From positions 10,507,751 through 10,571,750 of the forward strand of contig OZ037773.1 in NCBI GenBank assembly GCA_964035545.1: a DNA stretch of 64,000 nt, read 5' to 3'. This DNA is from Bugula neritina (Eukaryota; Animalia; Bryozoa). Below the pieces are notes generated by a model, which had not been told where the DNA came from, searched no databases, and saw nothing but the letters and a program-made list of their open reading frames with translations. The position numbers and the translations under genes were made by a program. How positions within the stretch are numbered: position 1 is the stretch's first letter; every line of letters begins with the position of its first letter. Below are positions 24,383-35,711 of this stretch, in pieces.

Positions 24383-24785
24383 GGGAGAATATCTCTTGTT
24401 GAAGGCTGCTTCATCTAGTAGATAGAAAGTTGTGATGACCAAATATTATTTGCATTTAGTAAAATCTGAAAAATTCCTTGCCTTAAACACATTCGAATAT
24501 TTGAAATTCCTGAAAGTCTATTTTCCAAATTTTCCAGAATAGTAGGATTAGGGAAGTAGTGTTAGTCTGCCAGGTTTCAGCCGAACTTGATGAAAACTTT
24601 TCCCTCCGTTTTGTTTGGTGAATGTGTCTAGATTATCCCCTAATTGTGTCACATCTGGTAAATCAAAGCAAAGCATATATGTACAAGTTCATATCGACAG
24701 GCATGAAGTTGAACTAGTACTGATGTAAAGGTGGGAGGCACTAGGCACCAACACAACATATACATACTCAGTTAATTATTTCAAC

Positions 24786-25565
24786 ATGTCTGAAATGAGA
24801 GGAATCAGTTGGAAGAGAGTTTACATAGTTCTGTGTGTAGTGATGACAGCTGCGTGCCAGTCTTTCTGTGTGAACGAGACGAGAGAGGATGGTGGTGTCA
24901 CGTCTATCTATACAGTGTGTAAGAGTGCAGAGGCAACGAGTGTTGTTACTAGTCGCGCAGTTTGTGAGGAAGAAGACCCTGGCAGCCACCTTGTTACCTT
25001 CCAAAGCCAAGAGGAGTTCATGTTTGTACAAAATCTGATCACCAGCACTCTAGCTAATGCAACAGAGACATTCAGGTATATTCCAGGATTCTACCAGAAA
25101 AAGAGCTCGAGTATAATTTGCGTTATGACGGGGTCATACTACTGGGAAGATGATATGTACAGCTTCGTAACCAATGGGAGCTCCACCTACTGGCAGCTAT
25201 TTGACGCTGTCATCACCAAATTTACTGAACAGAACGAGTCGGTGAGACTCAGTGCCAACTTTGTACTGAGCAGCAGAGGGGGGTGGTTCCCGGGAGAGAG
25301 TCTGAAGGGCGGGAAATCCGTTACAGATGTCGATGGCGTGGTTTGTGAGAAAAACATATTTCCTGTCACGGAAGAGCCGCAAGTTGTATTTTATCTCCCA
25401 GCTGCTACACGGTCGAGTACGACAACAGAGAAACCAAAAAGTGATGCCAGTGTAAATAGAAAGACTAGCGTGTATCCGGCCTTATCTTCTGCTCGTTACC
25501 ACACAGCGACAGCATTGCTCGCGACAACAGCATTGTTCATGGCGACAGCTAGCTGCCTTGTCTAA
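24786..25565 (+). CDS. Atypical C-type lectin-like domain protein, copy 6
   Basis: Single ORF of 259 aa: SHLVTFQSQEEFMFV, YYWED, SSTYWQL, GGWFPGES (close to copy 1 GEWFPGES), GVVCEK, Ser/Thr stalk, hydrophobic tail. Confidence 0.88.
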   Translation: MSEMRGISWKRVYIVLCVVMTAACQSFCVNETREDGGVTSIYTVCKSAEATSVVTSRAVCEEEDPGSHLVTFQSQEEFMFVQNLITSTLANATETFRYIPGFYQKKSSSIICVMTGSYYWEDDMYSFVTNGSSTYWQLFDAVITKFTEQNESVRLSANFVLSSRGGWFPGESLKGGKSVTDVDGVVCEKNIFPVTEEPQVVFYLPAATRSSTTTEKPKSDASVNRKTSVYPALSSARYHTATALLATTALFMATASCLV

Positions 25566-25838
25566 TCACTCCGCTGCCCAACTCGCAGGGAGCGTATGCA
25601 GCGTTTCATAATCAAGCACCACTAACATTTTCGAAAAATAAAAATGAACTAGACTCAATAAATAAGCAGGAAGAAGCTAAAACTGAACCAAGGACTAAAA
25701 TCTCTTCATAATAACCCGGCCATTCCAGAACATTGCAATACATATATCTAGGTATAGATCTCCATATTAACAAAACTTTATTTCTATTATAAAAGCTAAA
25801 AATATACAGCAATAGAATAAATAAAAGCGTATCCTAAA

Positions 25839-27094
25839 CTAAATCTTTTTTTTCACCTGTACTGGCTCATGTCTTTTCCCACATCTAAAATACAAATAAA
25901 TATGCCACGTCAATATATTACTTCAATATATTATATTACTTCAATATATTACTTCAATATATTACTATAATATTACTCAAATACATTACTTTGATATATT
26001 AATATAATATTACTCCAATATATTACTTCACTTTTGTTCCTCACCATTTCCTGCTGACTCTCGGCATCCTCTTTGCTGATTGGATGAAAGAGAAGGTTGC
26101 GACTGCTGATTGGTCCACTCTGCTCAGATTTGATATTCTTGTGTAACTCTTTGAAACGGTTGATGAACTTCTTGCTCTTGCCGAGAATGTATCCAGGCTT
26201 CTGTATAATAATAGTAATATAATCATATAGTAATATGGTGATATAATAATAGTAATATAATCATATAGTAATATGATGATATAATAATAGTAATATAATC
26301 ATATAGTATTATTCAAGTGACTTGGCCCCAATATTGATAGCCTACAGAGTATCAACTCACCTTAGCCTTGGAACTAAAGTTCAAGATGAAAGTAGTTGGC
26401 TGTGCGCAGTTATTCTTTACGTTGGTGGATTCCTGTGACGTCGTAGACGAAGGGGGCATATCTACAATTTTATTCACTGTCAACGAGTATTCTAAATGCA
26501 AATTATATAAATACAATACTGCATTCTATAAACTTAATATTATATATTCTATAAACATAATACTATATATTCTATAAACATAATAGTATATATTCTATAA
26601 ACATAATAGTATATTCTATAAACATAATAGTATATATTCTATAAACATAATAGTATATTCTATAAACATAATATTATATATTCTATAAACTTAATATTAT
26701 ATATTCTATAAACTGTTATGAGAGGACAACTTCAACACTCACTAGAATACTGAGACTGAGACTCTTCTAATTCTCTTTGCACTCTCTTGTCCTGGAGATA
26801 GTAAAAATATATTATATTTGTGAACGGTTGACTACTGAGAGTACTGATAGTAGCACTCTACTATGTGAGTACTATGAGTACTACTCTACTGAAAGTACTA
26901 CTGTACGACACTCACCCTCTGCTCCTTCAGCCAAGCCTCTCTTTCATATCTCTCTTTCTCAAGTCTCTCCTGCAACAGCTTCACCTCGGGGTCGACATCA
27001 GCAGCGTCTTCAGATCTCTCGTCTTCAGAGTCAGCGGTTGGTTGGTTGGCAGCAGAGCTGTATTCTAGAACAGGAGGTCTCAGAGGTCACAGCT

Positions 27095-27127
<33 letters not shown>

Positions 27128-30100
27128 CACGAAGTAAAGGCTGGGTAGACGGAATAGCGACTCACCAACATTCCTCCACCGAAACTTCCTGTTACGATGA
27201 GAGTCAGAGTGAAGGTCACCGTCAGGCAGTAACATTTCCTTCATCAACATGAGTTCTCTTGCATCATCATCTAGTCTCTGTTTACTACACAATAAGAGAG
27301 GATGCACTGTTACACTGTGACTATACAATGGTAGCTCTAGTAACACTTGCTATCTCACAGTAACTACATACGGCGCATACTGTGGCTGGACAGTACCAAC
27401 TCTATTCAACTCACACATGAGTCTTTGCAATCTGTGAGCGCAGCTCCTCCTCCTTGCCCAGGTAGTCCAGATCTCCCTGCTCCAGCTCCAGCTGGTCGCC
27501 TTCTTCGCCCAAGTCCAGGTCCTCATCTGACCCCGCCTCCTCACCTGATAGCTCCGCCTCTCTGTCTAGATATTCACCCATCAACTTCCTGTTGGTAATA
27601 AAATCAAATAAAACTCTCTAGATCATACTACTAGATAACTATATACCAGACAGATATACTTGCGTAATTTCACTTAATTTATTAAACACTGGAAATCTCC
27701 AGTTTTTAGTTATTTTTTACAATATAGCTACTAATGAACACGGCTTTTTGCCCAAAACGAGTAAAATATGAATGAACACACCTAAAAAATCAAGGTTCTT
27801 CTTAATTTTGCTTGATTTCCCATGTTTTTTTCTAATTATTCAGCAACTTTTGATGGCAGAGTGTTATGATAAAACCATAACTCTCCGAAATCAAAAGTAG
27901 CTGAATAATTAGAAAAAAACATGGGAAATCAAGCAAAATTAAAAAGAACCTTGGTTATTTAGGTGTGTTCATTCATATTTTACTAGTTTTGTTCATTAGT
28001 AGCTATATTGTAAAAAATAGCTAAAAACTGGAGATTTCCAGTAAAATGACCGACTTACTCTCTTTTTGTCTGTTTGACTTTGTGTAGAACGAGCTCTCTC
28101 TTCACTGACGTGTCCTGATGCAGTACAGTGAGCTGGTCTGGCTTCTCCGCCTCGTCACTGTCAGACTAGAGAGAGAGAGAGAGAGAACATTGCATGTACC
28201 TTCTACACACAAGAGTAGAGTTTGTACCTTCTACACACAAGAGTAGAGTTTGTACCTTCTACACACAAGAGTAGAGTAGTGTACCTTCTACACACAAGAG
28301 TAGAGTTTGTACCTTCTACACACAAGAGTAGAGTAGTCTGTAATCCAAAGTTTGTCAGATAGAAGTTCTTATTACGAAAACAAAGTCATCTGCTGAAATA
28401 TAACTAAGACTCACCTGGTTATCCAGTTGATCCAGCTCGTCATCGGCACCCTCCTCTTCACCTACAGAGCACGTAAACAACCAATCATTCAGTGCCAACA
28501 CATCACGTCACACTGACACAGATACATGAGGTAACACTGAACAGACAGACTTACCACCAGATGGCGCCTGACTTCTAGTTCCCTCCTCCTCGTCGCTGAA
28601 GTATAGAGGCAGCTTCTTGACCAGTTTTACTGAACTCGTGGCATCAAGTTGTGTACTCTCACCATTTTTACTGTGAGTATACTAGATACTGTATATTATA
28701 TATAATATACTATATACTATATACACTAGACTACTATATACTATATACTATATACTATATACACTAGACTACTATATACTATATACTATATACACTAGAC
28801 TACTATATACTATATACACTAGACTACTATATACTATATACTATATACACTAGACTACTATATACTATATACTATATACACTAGACTACTATATACTATA
28901 TACACTAGACTACTATATACTATATACTATATACACTAGACTAATATATACAGAATAGAGTGAGGTACTATATGGATACAGAGACACAGTACGGGACGGG
29001 TTACACACCTCCCAGACTGACTGTCAAACTGTCCAGAGCAAAGGGCCACAGCCTCGTCTTCAGCCTGCTGAGTGTTGAACATTCCTTGATGGAAAGACAG
29101 AGTTCCCTCTGCACACTTAGTGGGTGGGGCAGAGTCGTGTCTCGTAAACCCAAACATGCTGTTAGGATCCCGGGCATTATCGTCTTCAACCTCCACCTTC
29201 CTGTGATAATACAGTGCATATCCTGTCATATAAGGCAAGGTGTCATATAAGGCAAGGTGTCATATAAGGCAAGGTGTCATATAAGGCAAGGTGTCGTATA
29301 AGGTAAGGTGTCGTATAAGGCAAGGTGTCATATAAGGCAAGGTGTCATATAAGGCAAGGTGTCATATAAGGCAAGGCGTCATATGAGGCAAGGCGTCATA
29401 TGAGGCAAGGTGTCATAAAAGGCAAGGTGCCATATAAGGCAAGGTGTCATATAAGGCAAGGTGTCATATAAGGCGAGGTGTCATATAAGGCAAGGTGCCA
29501 TATAAGGCAAGGTGTCATATAAGGCAAGGCGTCATATGAGGCAAGGCGTCATATGAGGCAAGGTGTCATATAAGGCAAGGTGTCATAAAAGGCAAGGTGC
29601 CATATAAGGCAAGGTGTCATATAAGGCAAGGTGTCATATAAGGCAAGGTGTCATATAAGGCAAGGTGTCGTATAAGGTAATGTGTTATATAAGGCAAGGT
29701 GTCATATAAGGCAAGTAGTCATGCACTCACCTGTTGAAGCCTGTCAGGGTGATACTGCTAGAACTCGAAGGCATGGTGTCATTTTCCTGCTGAATAGTTC
29801 CCTCGGCGTCTGATGGTAGGGCCAGACTGTTTAATTGGTTAGATTCTAAAAAGAAACAGCCAATCAGGTAATGCCAAGTGACTACAGTGAACTCCGCATC
29901 GACAGAAAATAGAACAGAGGAGTTATCTTCTCACCATCAGCAAGTCTGAGATCAGCTGACCTACTTCCATCTTCATCATCAGAATCCAGTACAGCCTTCA
30001 CTCTTCTCTGAAAGGAAGATTTACATCAGCTGCACATACTGACACCTACCTACTATATAGGTCACACTGACACCTACTTACTATATAGGTCACACTGACA

Positions 30101-33100
30101 CCTTATTACTATATAGGTCACACTGACACCTACTTACTATATAGGTCACACTGACACCTTCTTACTATATAGGTCACACTGACACCTACTTACTATATAG
30201 GTCACACTGACACCTACCTACTATATAGGTCACACTGACACCTTATTACTATATAGCTGCACATACTGACACCTTATTACTATATAGGTCACACTGACAC
30301 CTACTTACTATATAGGTCACACTGACACCTTATTACTATATAGGTCACACTGACACCTACCTACTATATAGGTCACACTGACACCTTCTTACTATATAGG
30401 TCACACTCACACCTACCTACTATATAGGTCACACTGACACCTACCTACTATATAGGTCACACTGACACCTTCTTACTATATAGGTCACACTCACACCTAC
30501 CTACTATATAGGTCACACTGACACCTACCTACTATATAGGTCACACGAACACCTACTTACTATATAGGTCACACTGGCACCTACTTACTATATAGGTCAC
30601 ACTGACACCTACTTACTATATAGGTCACACTGACACCTACTTACTATATAGGTCATACTGACAGCTCCTTCAACTCACCATAACTTCGTTTTCGGCAGCT
30701 AGCTGACTCTTAGCGGAAGAGTGTTCAACATTCAGTATGGGTCCAAGTTCATCCTCGGGTTGGGGGGTGTTCGACCCCTCCCCATCTTCTTCCCCTTCTT
30801 CGTCTGAGAACTCATAGTCATCATCTAAGACCTCGTCTTCTGCAACAGACAACCTGAGAGTTTCACAGATTAGAACTGGAGATGAACAGCAGAACCAAAC
30901 AACACAACAGAGCGGCAGACACCAACCGGGCATTTCCTCTTCCAGAGCCTCCATCTTGAGAATCTCACTTCTCTTCTTCAGCTCTTCTCCTCGTTTGTCG
31001 GCCAGTTTGGCGTGAAGAATCTGCTTCAAGATGGCGAGTTTGTGCACTGCAAGATACATCATGTATGATCTCTAGATGTATGTATACGTATCTCTAGAGT
31101 CTAGATATACATCTGGTATATAACTTAGTTATTGTGTTACTTCACGAGGAAGCGGAGAGGGGGGCACTCACCTCCACCCGTCTCCTCGGCAGACTTGTTG
31201 GTGAAGGAATCCATGCTAAGTTCATGCTGGGAGCCGTCTGCCAACTGCTTTACAGCTCTGCAACAGACGTCACGCTATACTCAGTCACATGACACTATAC
31301 TCAGTCACATGACACTATACTCAGTCACATGACACTATACTCAGTCACATGACACTATACTCAGTCACAAGACACTATACTCAGTCACATGACACTATAC
31401 TCAGTCACATGATACTATACTCAGTCACAAGACACTATACACAGTCACATGACACTATACTCAGTCACATGACACTATACTCAGTCACATGACACTATAC
31501 TCAGTCACATGACATTATACTCAGTCACATGACACCATCACATGACAATATACTCAGTCACATGACACCATCACATGACAATATACTCAGTCACATGACA
31601 CCATCACATGACAATATACTCAGTCACATGACACTATACTCAGTCACATGACACAGTCACATGACACAGTCACATGACACTATACTCAGTCACATGACAC
31701 AGTCACATGACGCACCTAAGAGAAGTCATCTGCTCCTTCTGTTTCCTTTCTTCTTCCAGTTTCTTCTCCCTCGCAGCTTTTCTACTCAAAGTCTCCTTGA
31801 ATCTGTCAAACTGTGTTTTCTGGACGTCTGCTAAGTGAAAATAATAACTAGTATACATAGCACTGTATAATAGTATACATAGTACTGTATAATAGTATAC
31901 ATAGTATACATAGTACTGTATACTAGTACATAGTACTGTATACTGATACTGATCAAGGTAATATTGCATAAGGCATTGCTGAGAGTTAAGACTAGCACGC
32001 GAATCTCCAACCTGCTGAGTCATCATCAAACACGACCATGCCGTCTGCGTCACAGGACAGCTGAGGCACAATGTCAAGGTCAACACTGTCTCCTAGCAAC
32101 TGCCTCAGCCTTCTCTTCTTCACCTCAAGACGGGCTGCTCGGCGGGGGCTCTTACTAAACACACAAGAGAGAACTGAGGCTATTGACAGACGACGCAGTA
32201 TCAGCTAATAGCCAGTAACACCTAGTGGACACAGAGACTTACAACTTAGTGACTGAGATGGTGCTAGTCGGCGGGGAGTTGCTTTCTCTCTCTGCACACT
32301 GAGACTGGGAATCCTGACTAGCCTGTGTTCTACTCGACTGCCTCAGTGGCATGTTGTTCAGCTCTTTAGCCTGAGAACTCAGTATGCCATCTGACTGTGT
32401 GTCCGGGAGGAGAGGGTGGCCCGCGTCTAGACTCTACAAAACATTGTCAACAGTTAGCTAAGACACAGAGTAACAGAGTAACAGAGTAGCAGCTGATTAG
32501 TAGTTCAGTTGTCTCAGTACTTCCCTGATTATCACTTACCTTGCACTCCTCTTCAGCTACAGACTGGCTGGCATCACTATTCTCTGCTGTGACATCACCA
32601 CTTTGTGCTGTGACATCACCACTCTGTGCTGTGACATCACCACTCTCTGTTGTTACATCACCACTCTGTGCTGCTACATCACCACTCCGTGCTGTTTCAT
32701 CACCACTCCGTGCTGTGACATCACTATTCTCTGCTGTGACATCACCACTCCGTGCTGTGACATCACCACTTTCTGCTGTTACATCACCACTCTCTCCACG
32801 GTTTCCAGTGACACGCCCACCACTTTCAGTGACATCATCACCAATCAGATGACTCATCACGTCAGGCAAGTCATCCTCTCCAGTCTCCACCCCCTTTGAA
32901 TCAACAGGAAGTGGAGGAAATGATGTCACGTCATGAGAGAGCTTTGACTTCTGCTACAATAATACAGAATGAATAGAGAGGAAGACATGCAGATAGACAT
33001 AGTCAGTCCTCATCATATTATCCTTATCACATTGACAGGAGTGTAGAGTATAGGGGGATATATCACTTTGACGGGGGTGTAGAGTAGAGGGGATTATATC

Positions 33101-35114
33101 ACCTTCACAGGGGTGTAGAGTAGAGGGTTGTCTGGCATCTCTTCCAAGTACTTTGGTGGTCTGCACGGCTTAGAGGAGGGTTTCTGTTTAGATGATAAAT
33201 GTGATTTGGATGGGGGGTTCCTCAGAGCCGTCAATAGCTGAGGTGCTTGCTCTGTAAGAAACTCACGCAATGATTTCTTAGGGGGCTGGTACACTGGCAC
33301 ACTGACAGCTTGCTCTGTAACAAAGACAATGACACTCATGTCACACTTACACTCATGTCTCACATTGATGTTTCACATTGATGTCTCACACTCACATTGA
33401 TGTCTCACATTGATGTCTCACACTCACACTGATGTCTCACACTCACACTGATGTCTCACACTCACACTGATGTCTCACACTCACATTGATGTCTCACACT
33501 CACACTGACCTCTCAACATGCGCTGCTTCTCGCTGTATATCTTCAGTTTCTCGTCTTTCTTGGCAGCTCGCTGGGCTGTCCTGGACTTGCCTTTGGCAGC
33601 AGGCTAAAAATATCCTAATAAATTACCTGCAGATTGACAGAGTAGAGACACGACCTTGAAAGTGTCGGTGAAGAATAGTCATTAGTTAATAGTTAGCCTG
33701 AGAATACTTGGTACCCAGTCTATTCACTTACACCACAATACTTGGTACTCAGTCTATTCACCGGTTCTTCTGTCTCGCTGTCGCTGTCGGAGTGATTGTC
33801 GCTGCTGTCTTCGGCATCAAAGATGTCAGGGTTCAACACAGAGCCGTTTGTCTTTATAGTCTGAAACACGGCAAGTAGTTCTGACACAGACTAAACTGCA
33901 CAGACTAAACTGCACAGAGCATCTTGGGTCTTAAAATGAGTTTAACAGGTCAGCACAAGACTCTAAAAATATGTTGCACAGGAGAGAAGATAGTTAGACA
34001 CCCACCTTGTCATTAGCAGGTGCTCTGTCAGTAGCAGGTGCTCTGTCAGTAGCAGGTGCTCTGTCATTAGCAGGTGCTCTGTCAGTAGCAGGTGCTCTGT
34101 CAGTAGCAGGTGCTCTGTCATTAGCAGGTGCTCTGTCAGTAGCAGGTGCTCTGTCGGTAGGATCTGTGTCAGAATCTGATTCACTCACTAGTCGCTGTCT
34201 GACACGACCTGGAGACGGTTTCGTCCTGTCTACATCACCTTCACAGTCCGACACGCCTTCGTCCACCTTACTTGGTGTTCCATTGGTTGTCTGTTTGTTA
34301 GGGGTCGTGCTATTGGCTGATGGCAGAGTATCAGAGTCACTGTCAGTATCTGAGAGGAGACGTCTGCTATTCAGATGCTTACTGTGAGAGTTGTCTCCCT
34401 TCAACTGGTCGGCAGCTGAATCACTGTCAGTAGAATAATATTCAGTGAGAGAGAAGACAATAACAAACTGTCAGTAGAATAGTATTCAGTGAGAGAGAAG
34501 ATAATAACAAACTAAATAAAGGGGGTTTGAAACACCCTGATAGCAGTGGAGCTGCAATACAGAGACAATAGCTTAAAAGTGCTGCATGGATTATACTATA
34601 AACAAGGGTGGGCTTACTATTAGCAAGTATAGATAGTGTATAGATGGAGCGTAGATAGTGTAGACAGAGTATAGAGAGAGATTATAGATATAGCATAGAC
34701 ACAGTGTGAATAGAGTATAGATATAGTATGGACAGAGTATATACAGCGTGTAGACACAGGGCTAGCACACTCACCTGTCTCCGCTGAGAATCCCGCTGTT
34801 GACAAGAACCTCTTCAGCTGAACTCAGTTTACTTTTCTTAACAGCCAACGAAGAGATCTGTGCTCCTCCTTCATCTGAACTACTTTCATCTGATGATTCT
34901 ATCGTCTTTCTTTTATTCTAAAGAAATAATGTATTTTACCTTCAATTATATCTTAATGACAGTTGAATCACTGATAACTGTGACTGTATTTAAGTGACTT
35001 CTAGTTAAATCACTGACAACTGTGACTAGAATAATTGAATCATTAAACCTGTGCTCTGCTACGCCGAGGAGGAATATTTTCCTTGTGGCTATCTTGACTA
35101 GATTCCACATCCAT
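25839..35114 (-). CDS. CLSPN: Claspin (replication-checkpoint adaptor), more than 20 exons; last exon uncertain
   Basis: Diagnostic motifs: KLKIYSEKQRMLR..VPVYQPPKKSLREFL (N-terminal); KLAILKQILHAKLADKRGEELKKR; Chk1-binding-type EDEAVALCSGQF; YLDREAELSGEEAGSDED; DDDARELMLMKEMLLPDGDLHSDSHRNRKFRWRNV; SRNLLFHPIS. Likely start MDVESSQD at 35114. Confidence 0.93.
27688..28042. mobile_element. ~355-bp foldback (MITE-like) palindrome in a Claspin intron
   Basis: Runs ACTGGAAATCTCCAGTTTTTAG...CTAAAAACTGGAGATTTCCAGT; the arms stay complementary almost to the centre (GTTATG ataaaac CATAAC). Confidence 0.85.
29224..29714. repeat. 17-bp intronic minisatellite (Claspin)
   Basis: (GTCATATAAGGCAAGGT)n. 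Confidence 0.95.
30035..30662. repeat. 28-bp intronic minisatellite (Claspin)
   Basis: (ACTGACACCTACTTACTATATAGGTCAC)n. Confidence 0.95.
31275..31711. repeat. 20-bp intronic minisatellite (Claspin)
   Basis: (CTATACTCAGTCACATGACA)n. Confidence 0.95.
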
Positions 35115-35694
35115 AGCAGGAGAAGTTTCTAGAACCTAAGAACACAACATAAGAGCTAAACTGATATCAATACTTGAACTCTGAAAAAAATTAAATTAAA
35201 TTAAACTATTTAAATAATTACTATTACTATTAGTATTAGTATTAGTATTAGATTTACTTTTAGTATTACTATTACTATTAGTATTACTAACACTATTCAC
35301 TATTGGTCTAAATCAGTGCATAAGTTAACGTCAGCATAATTTAAACAATTGTTAATAGTAAACATATTACTAATTTAATTATAGTCATACTGACAAAGAT
35401 AATCATGATTATCAAATGAATATGAACATGAGTAAAGTTAATTGTAACTCAAACTGAAACTGTAACTGAAACTGTAACACTAACTGTAAGCATAACAATT
35501 AACATAAACATCATTAAGTAAGAGTAAAAGTAAGACTAGGAGTAGATAATCATAATATTTGAAGGATAATTAGTAAACGTATTATAAAGTGATAAAGTAT
35601 ACCTTGACGTGGAAGTCACAGGATGATTATAAATGTGATATAATTCAAATTGTTTCAGAATCACACCTCAGGATTTCATAAAGAAATTTTCTAA

Positions 35695-35711
35695 ATTGGC
35701 GGGTTGGCGCA
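35695..35711. promoter_or_regulatory. Tandem E2F-like sites at the Claspin 5' end
   Basis: ATTGGCGGG followed immediately by TTGGCGCA, in AT-rich sequence just upstream of the putative first non-coding exon (donor near 35601). Claspin is an established E2F target. Confidence 0.55.

Noticed and set aside
26500-26712. Claspin TTTATAG|AATA repeat as a junction array
   Set aside because: Resemblance to the real acceptor (ATTTAG|AATAC) is short, and the array does not directly abut it, so it was not counted.
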